This document shows, piece after piece, positions 28,831-40,019 of a stretch of 64,000 nt of DNA. The position numbers were made by a program, and so were the translations under genes. The stretch is from Trichoplax adhaerens (Eukaryota > Animalia > Placozoa), in the NCBI RefSeq assembly GCF_000150275.1, contig NW_002060950.1:1166106-1230105 (forward strand). Reading direction: 5' to 3'. Each line of letters opens with the position of its first letter. The first letter of the stretch is position 1. The notes under the pieces were generated by a model. It was not told the origin of the DNA. It ran no database searches and was given only the letters and a program-made list of their open reading frames with translations.

Positions 28831-30134
28831 TATGTATAATTATCTAATCAAAATTTTGATATTAATATAAACTGACAATATCTCTTCGTTACGTATTTGC
28901 CGAAAGAAGTGAAATAATCTTTAAGTCTGTGATCTAAGAGCTGAAATTCATTAGCACTTTGGATTAATTAGTATACGAATCATTTCAAAATCTCACCTTC
29001 GGTGTAAAATATCAAATTTTTTAGGTTGCAAAGTTTTTTATACGGTATTATTGTTTATAAAAATAATCTTAAAAATATGTTGATGGTTTATGGGATTGCA
29101 GAATAATTGCTTAAATTTTAAATGGACTAAAAAGACTTGATTTATGTTGAGCTGACTATTAAATTTGCGAAACATATTAATTTTAAATTTAGTATTATGA
29201 TACTTGAAAGAGTTATTTGTACAAACCAGGTGTTAAATTTTTAGCAAGTTATTGTATTCATTTATTCATCTATTTTAACGATCATCTTTCCGATGATAGA
29301 CGTCCATTTAATTAATTAATTTAATAATATGATTAATTGTCGTCAAAGAATCTACAAAATAAGTGAAAGCGGTGACTAAAACTCAAATTAAAAGATTAAA
29401 ATAGTATCTTGTATGTTTGATACTAAGTGTAATTAGATGAATCCATAGTATGGCTAATACATTGTAAATGTAGACTGATTATTTCATATTCGCTTTACCA
29501 TTAACATTATAATAGTGCGCTGATAAAATAGTATGATTGATTAAAATATCCTAATAATAACTATGAGACCAATAATCTGTACAGGACTATTGATTAAGTA
29601 GGAATATCTTCATAAATTATTATATCTTATTATATTTTGTGATAAGAATTTGAAATTATCGATTCCAATATTATCCTCAGTACTCACTACATATCTTACA
29701 ATAGAAATTATACAGTTCCTGTGTAATAAATAATTTATTCTTACAAATGTTAGATTGGTCTAACAACCATTAAATGTTTAATACCAAATATTTCAATCGA
29801 TTTTTGATTTTTAGATTTCATATTGCTAAAGGAAGCGTAAGGTATATACAGTAAACACATGAGATGATTCCCCAATAACACACTTTGACCTTTCAGTTGA
29901 GGTTTAATGATCCTTCTGCGAGGATACCTTTTATAGTTTACTTTATACGTATCTAGTATTATACTTTCTCTACTATAAATTTCCAGAGGATTGATTATCT
30001 TCCTTAATTTATAAGTTATTGCCATCAATGCAGCAGCTTATACGTACACGTATGTAGAATATTTTGGCTACTGACTATTATAATTTAGGTAATATCTTTA
30101 CTAATTTCGATCGGTCTGATAAAAAAAAGTAATC

Positions 30135-31142
30135 ATGAATCAAAGTGAAACTCATGATTTACTAGCCTTTAGTAACTCGACGTTTGTGCTAAAACCCGAT
30201 CAAGTTACCGTTCGATTAATATTATATTATATTATTACTCTGCTGAGTATTATATGCAATTTGATTATCTTGATTGTAATAGCTCGAGATCGTAAATTAC
30301 GGACAAAAAGCAATTTATTTATAGTAAACTTAGCCATAATCGATGTCATTACTGGTTGTGCTAAAGATGTTTTCCTTATTATCACCCTCCATTATCAGCA
30401 TTGGATATTTGATCAAACTGTCTGCGAAATCAGTGGATTTATTAATATAATTTGTTATGATGTAACTATGATAACGTTAACATTTATTGCCGTTTTTCGC
30501 TATATCACTGTATTTCATGGTAAACATATTCGCATACGTAAAAAGCATGTCATCGCAGCTATTAATATCGTTTGGATATTATCGCTAATGGATTGCACAT
30601 TACCTCTAATTGGCTTTGGTCGATACATCTATATTCCACACGATTTTCTGTGCTTGCCTGTGCCTGATAAAATACCGGGTTATTTAACTTACCTCGCAAT
30701 AGTATTTGTTTTGGTGCCTTTTATTGTTATAACCTTTTGTTACCTTGCAATTCTGCTACGAATATTTAGTAACAATCACAGAATAGCAAGACAACTCAGA
30801 TTACCGCACACTAGTTCTAGACACTTTCGTGCTCAATCGTTGCGCCGCGAAATTGAAACCACTTGGAGAATGTTTTTCGTATACTTAGCTTTCATAATCA
30901 GCTTTGTGCCTTATGCCATTATTGTTTATTTACTATTACCAGCTAGATATAATGTTTCGCTAGATGTCCAATGGGTAGCAGGTTTTTTAGTCTGTGCTAA
31001 TAGTGCCGTTAATCCTTTTATATATTACATAATGTATCCGAAAATGCGTAAGGCATGTAATAGTCTGCTATACTCCCTAGTTAACCCAAACTTCAGATTG
31101 GTCTCCGCTGGAGTTAAACCTATCAAGATAGTGCCCAAATAG
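30135..31142 (+). CDS. Opsin-like class A GPCR 3, single exon
   Basis: ATG-started 335 aa ORF with N-terminal sequons NQS and NST, LRTKSN, NLAIID, IAVFRY, LPLIGFGRY..C, SFVPY and NSAVNPFIY. Confidence 0.93.
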   Translation: MNQSETHDLLAFSNSTFVLKPDQVTVRLILYYIITLLSIICNLIILIVIARDRKLRTKSNLFIVNLAIIDVITGCAKDVFLIITLHYQHWIFDQTVCEISGFINIICYDVTMITLTFIAVFRYITVFHGKHIRIRKKHVIAAINIVWILSLMDCTLPLIGFGRYIYIPHDFLCLPVPDKIPGYLTYLAIVFVLVPFIVITFCYLAILLRIFSNNHRIARQLRLPHTSSRHFRAQSLRREIETTWRMFFVYLAFIISFVPYAIIVYLLLPARYNVSLDVQWVAGFLVCANSAVNPFIYYIMYPKMRKACNSLLYSLVNPNFRLVSAGVKPIKIVPK

Positions 31143-33360
31143 TAAATTTTTGTCGAGTTTAATGTCATTTAGAACTACTAATGAATGTTTATTTACGAAT
31201 AAAGAATTAGCTGTATAGTAATACTATACAGTACGCATACACAAGTAAGCTGCAAGTTAATTTAAATTATCAGCGCAATTCTTATTACAATAAAGATTTC
31301 ATGGTATTAGAAGTTTAAATCACTAACAATTTAAGATTTAAAGCGATGCATAACTCAATAATGCCATTGAGGATATTATTGGTTTAGCAATTTATCTAAT
31401 TGGAATGTTAACTAGTTTTAGCGGCTAAAGTGGTTCTACTATAATCATAGAATACCGCATAAAATGGGATTTATGAACTTGAATTAATGACCCTGTCATG
31501 TAGATTTTGTGTGGAATTCCAATGTATAGTAAGTTTTAAACGGCTTACATAGTCATAGATTTCTTAAATACACTCTTTGAATCTCTGTAACTTTTTAATC
31601 TCACTCTCGCTGTTTCTTCATACTTACATTGTGCATATTCATGTATATGTTGTATGTATCGTTAAATGTATGCCTTAGACTGTATAGCAGATCTACTTAC
31701 GTTTTTAGGAACATAAACTAATCATAGGTAAATTGGAATAAATTTCGCACCTTGCAAACCGAAGCTAATTAGAATATTGAAGTACTGCTTGTGATCTAAA
31801 ATATCAATATTGTACATTTACCGTGCACGGTTTTCCTGTGATTACCCACTCGTAATCGTAACTTATTGCTAATATCGCTTAAAGTCATTATGATGTCTGA
31901 AAATGTCGTGTCCTTTTACGCGATAGTAGATAGTTTAATGACCAAGACGGCGAATCTAGAACATTATCTGTAAAATATATTAGTAAGGTATCGTGATTGC
32001 AAAGTGTTGTAGTTAAAGCTTAAAAGATGGACAGGATAAACGTGAGAGATGGCATTCACTCGAACTTACTCATTCATACTTTGCTGATGTCCACCATGGC
32101 AAAATTGCCATTACCATCTCGGTAGACAGTTGTTTACTAGGTGGACTGCTGCTTATTTCGCTGACAGTGACCATGGATTACGAGAGATATGTACAGTATC
32201 CATTTTAGTAGTCTATGGCCTCTACGCCGTACTCCATGCTTGCAGTCAATTAAATTAATATCTCCATTTCTTATGACGGTCTCTCGTAGCCATGATGCGT
32301 ACTTATTTGTACAGTATGCCTGCGTCTGCTGATTCAGATGTCATTTATGATACAAGAAATGCTGCTGGCATAAATATGATCTGAATGTAGCGATTGAGTT
32401 AAGTACGGACTTCTCAACAAGAAATGATCTTATCGAAAAGTCCCTGATTTAAGTTGTAGGTGAGTAAATCAGAATATCGAGTCAATTAATATAATTGCAG
32501 GTAATTTTAGATGATTTTAAAATAGCTTTGGATTATGTATCATTATTATATAAGTATACGGCATTACGATATCATACTGCCAACAAAGCTGCCGGAAGTT
32601 GCTTCTCGGCCTCAAGTGTACGCATTGAAGTTTATTGATTTTTTTACTTTTAGCTCACCACTGTCTGAGAGATTGATCACGATATGTCCATATTACTAGT
32701 ACAACTACTGTGGGTGCTGAAGGTAGTAATGCAACGATGATATGTTATACGATTTGCATTATTGGCTAGTTCTGTTTAATTATATATAACCTATCCCCCT
32801 GTATATTCTATATTAATCGATATGTCATCTTGCTCAAGTAGCGAAAGACTGTATGTTCACATTCAGTCGATGATCATGGGAAGTAAAGATGGATATACAG
32901 TATTATTTTCAAGCTGTATCCGCTGGAAAATGGACTGTTGTAGTTTTATTTTGAATGTTGGCCAATATAGCAATATTGGAACTCGATTGGATATTGTAAA
33001 TTGCCTACTAACGCTTTAAAATGAAATCAACATGGCGTGAAATTCGCCAAGTATTCAAGCGTGGGATTTTGTCGCACTATAATGTCATATCAATTTTAGA
33101 ATTATCCTACAAGTAGATGTTGTAACCATCGTGACCATTTCGCGAAATAATTTCTCCTTACCTATGGTGACTAGTCATTGACTACGCAGTAGCAGTTGTA
33201 CAAGGGCTACTAGAAGGAAATCTAGATTATTTTTCTAGTAGTCCATTTGTGTTTCGAAGGCTGCTTAACCCACATTCCCCCTCTCCTAACCGCACCTATT
33301 CTTTTCCCCCACTTCTAAGCCATGGCAAGAAAACGTCTTTTGTATTTCTTTTCAAGGTCC

Positions 33361-34078
33361 CTCTACGCTGTAATGCAATCCGATGTGATGATAACTTGCA
33401 GTATCTCCCAATGCAAAACGCGTATCATAAATAATGGATAAATAGAGTACAGTGGAGGAAAAATAGTCTGCAAAATCGTATACAGTGTGCGCACGGGTAT
33501 ATGGTGTAGAATATTATGTGGTATCGATCTATTCTATCTATCCTTGTTTTAATCTTCAACTAATAATTTGTATGTCCTATAAAAGTCTTGACAAGGAAGC
33601 AAACTTCTCTACCCTGTAATGCAAGCAGATGAGATGATAACTTGCAGTATCTCCCAATGCAAAACGCGTATCATAAATAATGGATAAATAGAGTACAGTG
33701 GAGGAAAAATTGTCTGCAAAATAGGCATCGTATAGTGTAGAATATTATATGCTATCGATCTATTCTATCCTCCTTTTAATCTTCGACTGATAATCTGTAT
33801 GTCCTATAAAAGTCTTGACAAGGAAGCAAACTTCTCTACCCTGTAATGCAATTAGATGTGATGATAACTTGCAGTATTTCCCAATGCAAAATGCGCATCA
33901 TAAATAATGGATAAATAGAGTTCAGTGGAGGAAAAATTGTCTGCAAAATAGGCATCGTATACGGCGTTTGCAAGAGTATATTGGGTAGAATATTATCGAT
34001 CTATTCTATCCTTCTTTTAATCTTCGACTGATAATCGATATGGCCTATCAAAGTCTTGACAAGGAAGCAATCTTCTCT
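33361..34078. repeat. Tandem repeat, 3 copies of ~230-245 bp
   Basis: ctctac.ctgtaatgcaa...gatgataacttgcagtat.tcccaatgcaaaa...aagtcttgacaaggaagcaa with units starting at 33361, 33607 and 33834. Confidence 0.95.
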
Positions 34079-34749
34079 GTTTTATATTCTAGCTCAAAGA
34101 AGTAGTTGAGAATGGACATCTTACAAGACCGCCATTGCTGTCCAGTTATAGTACTATCGACGAAACCGTCCAGCTGTTCAATACTGTACACTGTATACGT
34201 CGACAACAAGTGGCAAGTGTATCCAAGTCTGTTGTGTAGACGGCAAGGAAATCTTTTCCTCCACGATGACGTCATCCTGTACCGTACCGTAGCACACTTG
34301 CTATACCATGTCGCATGTATGACAGCGTACCAATAGGATGACTATCAAGCAGATGGCCTGAGTGACATGGGAGACGCGGCTGACTGAACAACAAGTCCAA
34401 CTTGTGGACGTTGACCGGACAGACACGACGACGGACAGGACAGACAGCAATCGGTGCCCATTTCATTTGGAGACTTGACTTGGTGCTTGTTGATCGCGAT
34501 TTGATGGCTGGCTGCTGGAGAAATTGAATATCTATCGAAGTTGGTGATTCATTAATCTTGCTGACATTAGATAGCTTACATTGGTATCAACTTGACAAGA
34601 AGAATCTGCTGTTGGGGACGACTGTTATACTAGTGGGAGTATATTGAAGAAAAGAGACCCTTGAGTATCGTGTTGTTGTTGTGGCAAAAGAAGAAGGTGG
34701 ATTGAAGATTTCAAGACATTGGACAGTCCCGTCGACAATTGCAGTCATT

Positions 34750-37700
34750 ATGGGTGCCTGTTTAAGTCAACGTGCTGGCCGAGCCAGCGAAACGGAGAGC
34801 ATGGAGAATGATATTCAACGCAATACAGGTAAGATGAGATGATATACTTTCTATCGAGAGGCCACAAGTCAATAAACAACAGTTGTACTAGTCATGGAGG
34901 ATGATGATGACTTTGATACAGTTCTACAAGTCTGTCGGTAGATGCATTGCGATCGTCTTGGCTCAACCATAGCATGATGGCCAAATTTGCTATTCGTGCT
35001 GGTTGGCAATCGATCAGGCTTGCACTAAATCCTTTTCCGATCTACTGGATGACGATGATATACGTCCACAGATCGGCTGACGATAATAATAAAATACTTG
35101 TCATAGTCTATTCATGATCAGCCACGATAGGGATACCGTTTTTCGAGAGCAGACTCTAAATCAACATCGCTACCGTAGAAGAAGCATTCCCGATTAAGCA
35201 AATTGACATTCCTGCCAGAAGCAATACGTAACTAAAGTCGATTTTGTATGCGCCATCTTGTATTGCAATGAAAAGCTAATGCATACAATGACTCTACAAA
35301 TTCCCACAATAATTTTATAATCAATCATCGTTTAAGCTATTCATGCTGAGTATGGAAGTAATCGGGGGTTATTGGGAACGGGGGCCGAGTTGGGGTGCTT
35401 TAATTCCTTACAAAATAGGTCATGACGGTCCAAATCATTCGATAACGACTGGGCAAAATGCCCAACAAGAAGTAATCTTAACATAATACGAGAAAGGGGA
35501 TCTCTTTCCATATCGCCAGTGCCGTTTATAAAAAGAACAATCTCCTACACAGTAGTAGTATACTGGATATAAATCGATAGTTGCAGTCGTTCTGAACTTG
35601 CGGTAGCAACAATGTGCTCAAGAAGGATTAATGGACTGCTATATCAATCAATCAATCGATTACATCGCACTTTTATACCTTGCTAATTATTATTGTCAAA
35701 GGTAGAGTAGCTACTGACCGTCTTATTATACAGGATGTTTCTTCTTCTTTTTCTTCTTATTCATTTTTGGTCAACAAATGACAAAGACACTTATGGCACA
35801 ATATCGTCATCATCAATACTAGTTAGAAATCCATGTTCAACAGTACAATCCAAAGCATAAGGTAGAGTAGACAAGGTGAAAGGTATTGCGTCCATACGCA
35901 TATTTTTCTGATTGACTACAGAGTCATAAAAGGAAAACTGCCACAAATTGAAAGCTTTCAACAATGTACAGTCTCCATCTCTATCCGTCTTCAACAGTAT
36001 TATCATAGGTTTATCATGATACCCTAACTCCTTGACCATTTAGCCTAGAGACAGTAAATACTATTGAAGAAATGATTCCTTTCCACATTATCACGGTATA
36101 GAAATAGTCCATTTTCCTTCAACGCGTGCCGGTTCTAAATAACTGACGATGTAACTCCCAGACCATTTAGCCTAGAGACAGTAAATACTATTGAAGATTT
36201 AAATGAAGAAATGATTCCTTTCCACATTATCACGGTATAGAAATAGTCCATTTTCCTTCAACGCGTGCCGGTTCTAAATAATTGAGGATGGATATCCATG
36301 ACAATAGTGGAGTGTAAATCTAAAAACAACTTTTGCTTTTTGGGATAAATACGTTCTATAGGAGTAGAACCAATTTAAACCATGTCTTTCTAGCCTACTG
36401 TACAATAAAAGAATAACATCATGTTCTAGATTTATGAAATAACTAATCCATTTTATCTACTGTATTTATAGATTGATTGATATACCGCTTCGTCTTTTAT
36501 AGTCACTCCTATCAAGGGCGCTCTTGTAATATAGTAACTCTTACTTCCAGTCACTGTCGAATGATTAGAAGCATTTGCCTTTCTATTCATGCAGAATAGA
36601 CTGTATGTTAAAGGATGAAGAATCCAAGATATAAAGGCTATTTCTCTATTCTGCTCCATGGAAATATCCTAACTCTTGCAATACTATAGTACTATAGCAT
36701 AGCACATTCTGTAGTAAACAAATTGAAATCTGTTTTATTTGTTGATGTCATCATAAGCGTTCTGTTCAAGGAGGATAACTAATTTGGATCCACACGTTGA
36801 CAGTACAGTATATCGCATAATCAAGTAATGGATGATTAATAAAACGCTGGAGTTCAATGACTGTAGTATGGAAACACCCAATAGAAAGAAATTGATTTGA
36901 TGTCAACATTTTTTTATGATTGTGACTTCCAAAAAAGCTCCATTTCAGCAGATTCCCGACGAATACGGGACTACTGTAGCGTACAGTAATTCAATTTCTT
37001 CCTAAAAAGATCGTCTATAGACGGTATTTTCGACAACATGGAAGGCCTTTGACTATCATTTACAGTCAAAAATGAGAGATGTGTACAGTCTTCTTAAGTA
37101 TATTGGCCTTGGAATTAACTTGACTAACTAAATATCAATTATTCAATAGAAAAAAAATACACTAGTTACTATTGATATTTGCAACGTTGTGGTGGGTAAT
37201 AATTAGATATAATCAATCCTGCAATTTTTTCACTTCCACTGTAATAATAGAAGGTGCAAGGACTACTAAAAGTAAAATAGTTCCCCGATAAAAGTAATCA
37301 TAATTAACGGCTTTCATTTCATCATCGAATGAAACTATCATTGATGAATTATTAGTTATTGCATCTTTTTAATTTATTGGATCTTGAATAGTTCCTTTCG
37401 GCCATAATCGCCCATTGCAACCAATGAAAATGAAATGGACAGCTCCAACTCCAATGACCGATAAACAATTGAAGCAAAAACGGCAAGAATTTTGGGAAAC
37501 AGCGCCGGTATATGAAGGACGCCGAGAGATTTGGAATGCGCTACAAGCCGCTACTCAAACAGACGATTTACAATTAGCCCAGGCGATCATTGATAGTGCC
37601 AATGTTATCCTTCCTACAGGTAAGACTATCCGTTACTTCATACTATCGATCTTCCATAAGCAAACTATTTTAGAATGGCACCATAGCTGAAAATGGAATT

Positions 37701-38510
37701 GAATTTGTTGCCAGTTCATGCCAAATAACTGTTTTGACTTTCCCATACTGTATCAGTCGACGTATTGAAAAATGAGTAGCGACTTTATTAGAAAGATGCG
37801 ATATTTTCTGTCACCTTTTTGCGTTAGTAGTAGTGTGCAATATTGTAAACCAAGGTACTGTATTGATCAGCTTTGCTATATAATCAGTGGCTATTTTGTT
37901 CAACTTTTTCCTACTCGATTGTAGTTATTCGTCCATTTATTTTCAATCTTATGTAGCTGTAGAGTAGTCGACATAATAAAGTCACGATATATTTATGATA
38001 CGTTATAGTCTGGGATATACTCCTCGATCACTTGGTACGCGTCTATCATACTGATTGCAGGATTTCACATTTTATCCTTTAAATTTATTAGGCTCCTTAG
38101 CCAGTGCTTACGATGAATTGGGCAATCATTATGTTTTACCGGAGTACTGTCTTAGCGAGCCAACTAACCTGATCAGCAATAACGGTAGTGACGAGGAAGA
38201 CTCCAATCATCTCATTCCGGAGAAGCAAGATCAAAATATCGACGATATTGATGATAAATTTAAATTTTCAATTAAATTGAGATTATCCTCTAGTAAAGAG
38301 GAAAAGTTAAGAGTCCACAACTCGCAAACGATATTACAAGCTAAACGTCACCTGTGTGATATCATAGGCGTAGAACCGCATCAACAGCGATGGTATTTTT
38401 ATGGACGCAAACTGGAAGACAAAATGAAGATTGAAGATTCCAAATTAAGTAATGGCTATGTAGTACAAGTCGTTACTGATGGCATTCAACCTCCAACGCC
38501 TGTTGCTTAA
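34750..38510 (+). CDS. UBTD2: Ubiquitin domain-containing protein (UBTD1/UBTD2, DC-UbP family), 3 coding exons
   Basis: Exons 34750-34828, 37392-37619 and 38092-38510 join in frame via GT-AG introns. N-terminus MGACLS (myristoylation-type). PMTDKQLKQKRQEFWETAPVYEGRREIWNAL and YDELGNHYVLPEYCL match UBTD1/2, followed by a C-terminal ubiquitin-like domain. Co-ortholog of UBTD1 and UBTD2. Confidence 0.93.
36034..36281. repeat. Near-perfect ~110 bp direct duplication in UBTD intron 1
   Basis: gaccatttagcctagagacagtaaatactattgaag...aacgcgtgccggttctaaataa at 36034 and 36161; the second copy has a 12 bp insertion. Confidence 0.92.
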
Positions 38511-39666
38511 AAAAAGAACATTAGGCGTTGCTTTCTAACTTATAAATTAAAGATGATATATACGTATTGTAAAATGATATTATACTTCACACATGCCTAA
38601 CCTATCTAGACGTCTATGAAGAGTAACTTAGGTATCTTAGGCAAATCGGTGATAGAATCTAGTGTAGGAAAGAATTTACTTCAATTCACATTTTAAGCAA
38701 TGAACTTACCTGTATATCTGCCTGTCAAACGTAAAGATAACTTCTTGTTTTGGTATATGAATGCGAATATGGTCAATTTTTTTAATTAATTTATACAAAA
38801 AGAGTGATAGATATTAGATAGAGTTGATCTGTAGTCGGTTATTGCTTCATCATTTTTTATTGACATTAATGTTCACTAAATACTATCAATTCACTATGAG
38901 TTTGAACCTATGACTTTAACAGACTACCCCTAGTTCGTTCCATCTTGATAATGTTGTACAGATCTTGGATCTGCTCATTCCTTTCGTGGTTCAACTTTAC
39001 CGTCATATAATTCTTCTTTAGGTAAACCGTTTAGTTATATTAATTTGTACAACCACAAAGAATACAATACTTTAGCACGTAATAATTCATTTACTAGACT
39101 ATTTTCGAGTAATCTGCAAAGTGACGGGTATCCCGTCAAAATCTCGAAATTAGCAGCAATCGGACGCTTTTTTGATGCTTCCATAAAGCATGCAAGTGCC
39201 TTGTTTTGCCAATATTTTTGTCGTACTGTATATTAATGGCCAAGTATAATGTACGATTTATTTACGTACAGTGTAATAATCACTACAATAAATTCAAGTA
39301 ACAAGAATTACGTAAAATATGAATTATTGTAAAACCAGTTCTAATGGTTACTAAATGCCTTTCGCCAATGGACCATGTAGAAAACTTATTGCTACGGACT
39401 TGTCTCCATGGTGTAACATTTTTGCCTTACTAAAACTTAGGATTTCTATTTCTTCAATAAAGATTGATCCATTGCCACAATCAATTACTTTTAAGATTAT
39501 CCTAGATCTGTATACATTTTCCGGTAACAACATTTTTATTTTTCGTTAAAACTATCACTTTAGTACATTACACATCAACTTTATGAATTTTTAGTCTTTT
39601 ATGAGGATCAGTTGTAGATAAAAGCAAAAAGATCCAAAACAAATTACCTTATTAATCAAAAAGAGA

Positions 39667-39775
39667 NNNNNNNNNNNNNNNNNNNNNNNNNNNNNNNNNN
39701 NNNNNNNNNNNNNNNNNNNNNNNNNNNNNNNNNNNNNNNNNNNNNNNNNNNNNNNNNNNNNNNNNNNNNNNNNNN
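39667..39775. other. Assembly gap (N run) followed by a poly-C tract
   Basis: 109 N characters, then a run of C to ~39796. Confidence 1.
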
Positions 39776-40019
39776 CTTCCCCCCCCCCCCCCCCCCCTAA
39801 ATTAAACTTACTACATGTTTGTCAAAATCTACTGCAAACGTACAGTCAACTCTTAGGATGATTTCGAAAGCATCAAGTTGGTAAGATATGCTAGGCACTA
39901 GAAACGTATTTACGCTAGAAAATCTCACGTTGCATCTTGTTCGTAATCTTTTCATCATAGTATCAACAACTAATTAATTAATAGAATACAGTAGTAATAA
40001 TAATATTGGAAAGCTAGGC

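Noticed and set aside
33375-33430. Hammerhead-ribozyme-like string (tgatga...ttgca/tgcaa...aaacgcgta) in the ~240 bp tandem repeat
   Set aside because: Core is wrong (G instead of C in CUGAnGA, AAAA instead of GAAA), stem I does not form and the motif varies among copies. The ctgatga in the 47870 repeat also lacks GAAA.
38930-39550. Short minus-strand ORFs as further SLK exons beyond the gap
   Set aside because: SLK already terminates in frame at 40020; these ORFs show no recognisable similarity
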